Positions 35,822 to 41,413 of a stretch of DNA of 41,413 bases are shown piece by piece. A program made the position numbers and the translations under genes. The notes beneath the pieces were generated by a model. The model searched no databases, was not told where the DNA came from, and worked only from the letters and a program-made list of their open reading frames with translations. Origin of the DNA: Octopus bimaculoides (Eukaryota); contig NC_068997.1 in assembly GCF_001194135.2 (NCBI RefSeq), positions 48,561,427-48,602,839 on the forward strand, written 5' to 3'. The first letter of the stretch is position 1. Each line of letters opens with the position of its first letter.

Positions 35822-35990
35822 AGGTGTGTGGTTAGAAAGCTCGTCTTACAACCACGTGGTTTTGAGTTCAGTTCCACTGCATGGGATCTTAGACCAGTGT
35901 CTTCTACTATAGTTCCAGACCCACCAATGAATTTGGTAGATAGAAACTGTGTGGAACTCCGAAATATATATATATACATATATATTGAAT
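35822..35990 (+). mobile_element. SINE family S1, 5' half
   Basis: gtgtgtggttagaaagctcg...gagttcagttccactgcatggg...agtgtcttctactatag...gaatttggtagatagaaactg then (TA)n. Confidence 0.85.
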
Positions 35991-37013
35991 CGTCTTTGCG
36001 TCGACATGTTCCTTCTTGCGACAATGTAGCCTTTAATCTAATAAGATATCCCTGGCTTGAAGAGTAGCCAGTTGCATGCACCTCACTTCGATTTTGCCAC
36101 TTCAGAGATTCCACTCGCTATGAAACATACGTAACCTGGATTTTCCATACTCCATTCCGTAACTGTTGTTTTCTTTTTCGCACACTCGACAAACATGGAT
36201 GCCTACCGTGGAATATGAGAAGAACTTCTTTTCAGTTCATCGTTCTTGGATAAAGAAAAAAAAAATCCGCACCTTTCCGTCTCAATAAACCACTGTTGTT
36301 CCTGAATGTTGTTGTTTTTTAAATATTCACTACGGATTGATCGAAGCTAACTTTCTTCCTACACCTCGACCTCTGGATCTTACATTTATATACATACATA
36401 CATATACACACATATATATATATATATATATATANNNNNNNNNNNNNNNNNNNNNNNNNNNNNNNNNNNNNNNNNNNNNNNNNNNNNNNNNNNNNNNNNN
36501 NNNNNNNNNNNNNNNNNNNNNNNNNNNNNNNNNNNNNNNNNNNNNNNNNNNNNNNNNNNNNNNNNNNNNNNNNNNNNNNNNNNNNNNNNNNNNNNNNNNN
36601 NNNNNNNNNNNNNNNNNNNNNNNNNNNNNNNNNNNNNNNNNNNNNNNNNNNNNNNNNNNNNNNNNNNNNNNNNNNNNNNNNNNNNNNNNNNNNNNNNNNN
36701 NNNNNNNNNNNNNNNNNNNNNNNNNNNNNNNNNNNNNNNNNNNNNNNNNNNNNNNNNNNNNNNNNNNNNNNNNNNNNNNNNNNNNNNNNNNNNNNNNNNN
36801 NNNNNNNNNNNNNNNNNNNNNNNNNNNNNNNNNNNNNNNNNNNNNNNNNNNNNNNNNNNNNNNNNNNNNNNNNNNNNNNNNNNNNNNNNNNNNNNNNNNN
36901 NNNNNNNNNNNNNNNNNNNNNNNNNNNNNNNNNNNNNNNNNNNNNNNNNNNNNNNNNNNNNNNNNNNNNNNNNNNNNNNNNNNNNNNNNNNNNNNNNNNN
37001 NNNNNNNNNNNNN

Positions 37014-37052
<39 letters not shown>

Positions 37053-37099
37053 ATATGTATACAAATAGAAAAGCGCTTGATCAGCTAAGAAAGTAAAAA

Positions 37100-37725
37100 T
37101 AATATTCCAATAAATACCCACAAATCTTGTAATTACATCTACGCAGGTTTTACTGGTCGAAATAATAATTTATTCCGCCGTTTATCAAGCTGGAAAGAAA
37201 ACCGTTTGTCAGTTGTCTTTTGAGGAGATAACCTTTAAACAAGAGACGCTGATAAGAAATGAAGACAAGAAGAAAAACACAAGACCGATGACCAACGTTA
37301 CAACAAATCGATGTCAAGCAGACGTAAACCAGATGTTAATGGTTTATTAAGTGTCTGGTGGTTTACTTTTAAATTCAGGTGAAATGGATTTCCTGAAATG
37401 CTGACATACAGAAAAAAATCTCGTTCTTCGAATTTATGCATTCGCTGGAGGTTCTCGAGTTTTTAATAGATACAGTTTCTCATGAGAACACACTGAATAT
37501 ATTTTAGACCCGTTAATATAAGGTCTGAATTTAAAGTGGACTTTCTATTTGAGACAAAATTGGTTCCTTCAACTTTAAGCTTCCAGAGTTAACCCGAAAG
37601 GGTTGTTGAATATCTCTTATCACTCTACCCAATGTTCGAAAGATGGTTGTTATATCTAGATTTAAATTTTCCTTCCATGGTTCCGATATAACATTTGATA
37701 TCGTTACGACAATTGACGTAGTTCA
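37100..37725 (-). mobile_element. Penelope-like element 3' relic: decayed GIY-YIG endonuclease plus pLTR region
   Basis: Minus strand NDIKCYIGTMEGKFKSRYNNHLSNIG*SDKRYSTTLSG*LWKLKVEG, then after a frameshift PYINGSKIYSVCSHEKLYLL...FFSVCQHFRK. This matches the PLE EN pattern YIG.TE..FK.RY.NH...F / S..LS...W.LK / Y..G.K.C.LC..EK / S.CRH..K. The GIY half is replaced by microsatellite above 37725. Confidence 0.88.
37136..37192 (-). ncRNA. Degenerate type I hammerhead motif in the PLE 3' region
   Basis: Minus strand CAGC UUGAUAA ACGG-CGGAAUAA-AUUA-UUAUUUCG-ACCAGU AAAAC CUGC GUA GAUG: a U3-A8 version of the core, an 8-bp inner stem II, G12 changed to A, and one mismatch in stem I. Confidence 0.45.
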
Positions 37726-37768
37726 ACATAGTACATACATATAGAATTACCACATACATACGTATATA

Positions 37769-37804
<36 letters not shown>

Positions 37805-37816
37805 GAAAAGGATCAA

Positions 37817-38031
37817 AGTCCTTCCTAGCCATAAACTCATAAGGCCGATTTCCTGGATTCTGTGTCACTCAACCCGGATGGGAAGCCGGTCCGTTGCAGC
37901 GTTACTCATTTTTGCCAGTTGAATGGACAGGAGCAAACGTGAAATGAAGTGTTTTGCTCAAGAAAACACTGCACCACCAAGTCCAGGAATCGAAATCACA
38001 AACTTATTTTCATGACTGCAACACCCTAAAC
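37817..38031 (-). mobile_element. SINE family S4 (tRNA-like head, CTTGAGCAAAACACTT block, V-domain-like segment)
   Basis: Minus strand ttagggtgttgc...gtgatttcgattcctgg (B box)...ttcttgagcaaaacacttcatttcacg...ctgcaacggaccggcttcccatccggg, similar from memory to the V-SINE motif CTGCGATGGACTGGCGTCCCATCCAGG. Confidence 0.7.
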
Positions 38032-38185
38032 AAAAATCGATGCACCTCGAAACACACACACACACACACACACACTCACGAATATATGTATATATTTGTG
38101 TGTGCACNNNNNNNNNNNNNNNNNNNNNNNNNNNNNNNNNNNNNNNNNNNNNNNNNNNNNNNNNNNNNNNNNNNNNNNNNNNNNN

Positions 38186-38224
<39 letters not shown>

Positions 38225-38665
38225 CATATATATATATACATGCATACGTACACACATATATATGTTCCCATATGGATGTTTGTTTGATTGATTGCAAGAT
38301 AAAACCAATTAACTTCTAACAGTGTTCTCTATTACTGATGGCTTGTCTCTCTGAGCCGCAGAACTAGCCTCGATCAGATGTGCACTTCACTTGCGAATAC
38401 ATACATACAAACATACATACATACATACATACATACAAACATACAGGTTCACTGCATATACACTTATATATATATATATATATATATATATAGATGGATA
38501 GATAGATAGATGGATATTTAGACAGATAGAGAGATAGATATACTTATATATATTTGTTTACATGTATCTACCTATCTTTGGATATATCTATATTAGTATC
38601 TACGTATTCAGCTATCTGTGTCTCCTGTGTGTGTGTTTCTCTCTCAATTTCTCTCTCTCTCTCTC

Positions 38666-38702
<37 letters not shown>

Positions 38703-39954
38703 CACGGAATTGTACATATGCACGGCGTAACCACACAAACAAGGAAGCACACATACACATACGCACACAACACTCACTTACCACACACACACTTCCATAT
38801 ATAGATACAATGACAGTTATCATCATAAGAGCAGATGGTTATTACAGAGATAACTTTCTTAATCGAAAATTCTTGATTTTTAAATTATACACAGCAGTGC
38901 TCCGTCATTTTAGCAGCAGATTTCAATGTCTATCTCAATGTTTGGCTGTATTGGTAGCAATNNNNNNNNNNNNNNNNNNNNNNNNNNNNNNNNNNNNNNN
39001 NNNNNNNNNNNNNNNNNNNNNNNNNNNNNNNNNNNNNNNNNNNNNNNNNNNNNNNNNNNNNNNNNNNNNNNNNNNNNNNNNNNNNNNNNNNNNNNNNNNN
39101 NNNNNNNNNNNNNNNNNNNNNNNNNNNNNNNNNNNNNNNNNNNNNNNNNNNNNNNNNNNNNNNNNNNNNNNNNNNNNNNNNNNNNNNNNNNNNNNNNNNN
39201 NNNNNNNNNNNNNNNNNNNNNNNNNNNNNNNNNNNNNNNNNNNNNNNNNNNNNNNNNNNNNNNNNNNNNNNNNNNNNNNNNNNNNNNNNNNNNNNNNNNN
39301 NNNNNNNNNNNNNNNNNNNNNNNNNNNNNNNNNNNNNNNNNNNNNNNNNNNNNNNNNNNNNNNNNNNNNNNNNNNNNNNNNNNNNNNNNNNNNNNNNNNN
39401 NNNNNNNNNNNNNNNNNNNNNNNNNNNNNNNNNNNNNNNNNNNNNNNNNNNNNNNNNNNNNNNNNNNNNNNNNNNNNNNNNNNNNNNNNNNNNNNNNNNN
39501 NNNNNNNNNNNNNNNNNNNNNNNNNNNNNNNNNNNNNNNNNNNNNNNNNNNNNNNNNNNNNNNNNNNNNNNNNNNNNNNNNNNNNNNNNNNNNNNNNNNN
39601 NNNNNNNNNNNNNNNNNNNNNNNNNNNNNNNNNNNNNNNNNNNNNNNNNNNNNNNNNNNNNNNNNNNNNNNNNNNNNNNNNNNNNNNNNNNNNNNNNNNN
39701 NNNNNNNNNNNNNNNNNNNNNNNNNNNNNNNNNNNNNNNNNNNNNNNNNNNNNNNNNNNNNNNNNNNNNNNNNNNNNNNNNNNNNNNNNNNNNNNNNNNN
39801 NNNNNNNNNNNNNNNNNNNNNNNNNNNNNNNNNNNNNNNNNNNNNNNNNNNNNNNNNNNNNNNNNNNNNNNNNNNNNNNNNNNNNNNNNNNNNNNNNNNN
39901 NNNNNNNNNNNNNNTGTGTGTGTGTGTGTGTGTGTGTGTATACATGGGAGGGGT

Positions 39955-40318
39955 GGAGGTGTAGTGGTCCAGTGGTTAGGGCAGCAACTCGCGGTCGTAG
40001 GATCGCGGTTTCGATTCCCAGACCGGTCGTTGTGAGTGTTTATTGACCGAAAACACTTAAAGCTCCACGACGCTCCGACAGGGGGTGGTGGCGAGCCCTG
40101 CTGTACTCTTTCACCACAACTTTATCTCACTCTTTCTTCCTGCTTCTGTTGTGCCTGTATCTCAAAGGGCCAGCCTTGTCACATTCTGAGTGACGCTGAA
40201 TCTCGCCAAGAATTACATTAAGGGTACACGTGCCTGTGGAATACTCAGCCACTTGCACGTTAATTTCACGAGCAGGCTGTTCCGTTTATTGGATCATCCG
40301 GAACTCTTCTTGTAGTAG
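39955..40318 (+). mobile_element. SINE family S3, second copy with degraded 3' end
   Basis: tggtccagtggttagggcagcaactcgcggtcgtaggatcgcggtttcgattcccagacc... is colinear with 16364-16722 but has an extra ~41 bp (cacattctgagtgacgctgaatctcgccaagaattacat). Confidence 0.93.
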
Positions 40319-40842
40319 TAATGTATATATATATATATATATACATGTATATATATATAAACACGGAGGGAAATTCCACGTGCTCGTAAATATAAAATAA
40401 GATTTAAGGTGAAAAAGTACAGAAATCATTTTCAGCGAAGATAAAGATTACTTCATCCATTACAATATGCACTGAGACGACCGCTCCTGTTTCGCTAAGC
40501 ATGATTCAATGTTATGAAATCATAAGCATTTTTTCCGGCCTGCTATCGATTCTGCTAGCTCACTGTCTTTCAAAAAATAGTAATGATAAAAATAGAAATA
40601 TAGACCGTGACGCAGAATAAGAACTACAGAATTTCGTGGGATTTTCCCATAAAGATTAATGATAAAACTGAAACAAAGAGATATAGGAGGATAAAAGAAA
40701 CTGTAAGATCATAGATTTCGCAATACCATATAATGACAGGGTGGCTAGAAAGACATTTGAAAGAAAATGAGAAATAAGAAGGCCTGACTAGAGTAATGAA
40801 AGATTTGAGGAAGACGTATTATTATCGTTATCATTGAGAAGA

Positions 40843-40948
40843 CCGGTGAGCTCCCAGAATCGTTAGGACGCCGGGCGAAATGCTTAGCAGTATTTCGTCT
40901 GCCGTAACGTTCTGAGTTCAAATTCCGCCGTGGTTGACTTTGACTTCT
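40843..40948 (+). mobile_element. SINE family S2, 5' part fused to the hammerhead repeat array
   Basis: ggtgagctcccagaatcgttaggacgccgggcgaaatgcttagcagtatttcgtctgccgtaacgttctgagttcaaattccgccgtggttgactttg. Confidence 0.9.
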
Positions 40949-41011
40949 GGAGGAGCAACCTCAATCCTTTGTATATTAACCCAAATGAAATAGATTGACA
41001 AAATTATTTTT

Positions 41012-41052
41012 TGAACCTGTTGAAGACACACAAGATGTCGAAATATCGTTCA
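41012..41052 (+). ncRNA. Minimal type I hammerhead-ribozyme-like motif with variant core (second family)
   Basis: UGAAC [I] CUGUUGA A GACA-CACAAGA-UGUC [II] GAAA UAUC GUUCA [I']; palindromic AUAU stem III; putative cleavage after C41047. Confidence 0.7.
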
Positions 41053-41238
41053 CTAGATGACAATGGCACTCTTCTTTTAATTTTGACTCTATTATTATTA
41101 TTATTATTATTGTTATTATTATTAATAATATCGAAAGGATTGAGGTAACTCCTCCAGAAGACATAGAGTCAAAATTAGATGAAGAGTGCCATTTTATCTA
41201 GTGAACGATATTTCGACATCTTGTGTGTCTTTATTTTT

Positions 41239-41279
41239 TGAACCAGTTGAAGACACACAACATATCGAAATATCGTTTA
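41239..41279 (+). ncRNA. Second direct copy of the hammerhead-like motif, more diverged
   Basis: UGAAC CAGUUGA A GACA-CACAACA-UAUC GAAA UAUC GUUUA: U4 changed to A, one stem II mismatch, a G-U pair in stem I; putative cleavage after C41274. Confidence 0.55.
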
Positions 41280-41316
41280 CTAGATGACAATGGCACTCTT
41301 CTTTTAATTTTGACTC

Positions 41317-41347
<31 letters not shown>

Positions 41348-41413
41348 TTATGTTTGACTTTTGTTTTGCATTTGTACAAGTTGGATCCAAGTCTCACCCA
41401 GAGACCTCAAGAG

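Larger units (their letters stand above)
40944..41345. mobile_element. Direct/inverted/direct repeat array resembling a Penelope-like pLTR arrangement
   Basis: X 40944-40970 (+); A about 41005-41092 (+); (ATT)n; X' 41134-41160 (-); A' 41163-41231 (-, truncated at the ribozyme core); A about 41232-41320 (+); (ATT)n. Confidence 0.85.

Noticed and set aside
4218-35990. Antisense orientation bias of S1 SINEs (7 minus vs 3 plus)
   Set aside because: The sample is too small to distinguish from chance, and the extent of the host gene is unknown.

Overview
AT-rich, microsatellite-saturated animal genomic DNA from a gappy short-read assembly (13 N-runs). The repeat content suggests a coleoid cephalopod, probably Octopus; this is inference from the tRNA-derived SINE families and simple-repeat load. 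No complete gene is present. The only well-supported host coding piece is one GC-rich internal exon (2420-2568, +), so most of the window is probably intron or intergenic. Nearly all ORFs in the supplied track are artefacts of microsatellites or N-runs. The non-simple-repeat content is mobile DNA: four tRNA-derived SINE families (one copy with a perfect 12-bp TSD), two decayed mariner transposase fragments, a Tc1/mariner-type MITE, LINE fragments, and Penelope-like element (PLE) relics including a decayed GIY-YIG endonuclease followed by a degenerate hammerhead. The main observation is four minimal type I hammerhead-ribozyme-like motifs from two sequence-unrelated repeat families (4115-4151 minus, 22048-22083, 41012-41052, 41239-41279). 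Their stems covary, their stem III is a 4-nt palindrome, and they share a non-canonical core C(U/A)GUUGA-A. The last two sit in a direct/inverted/direct array whose inter-cleavage unit (227 nt) could fold into a rod-like RNA.
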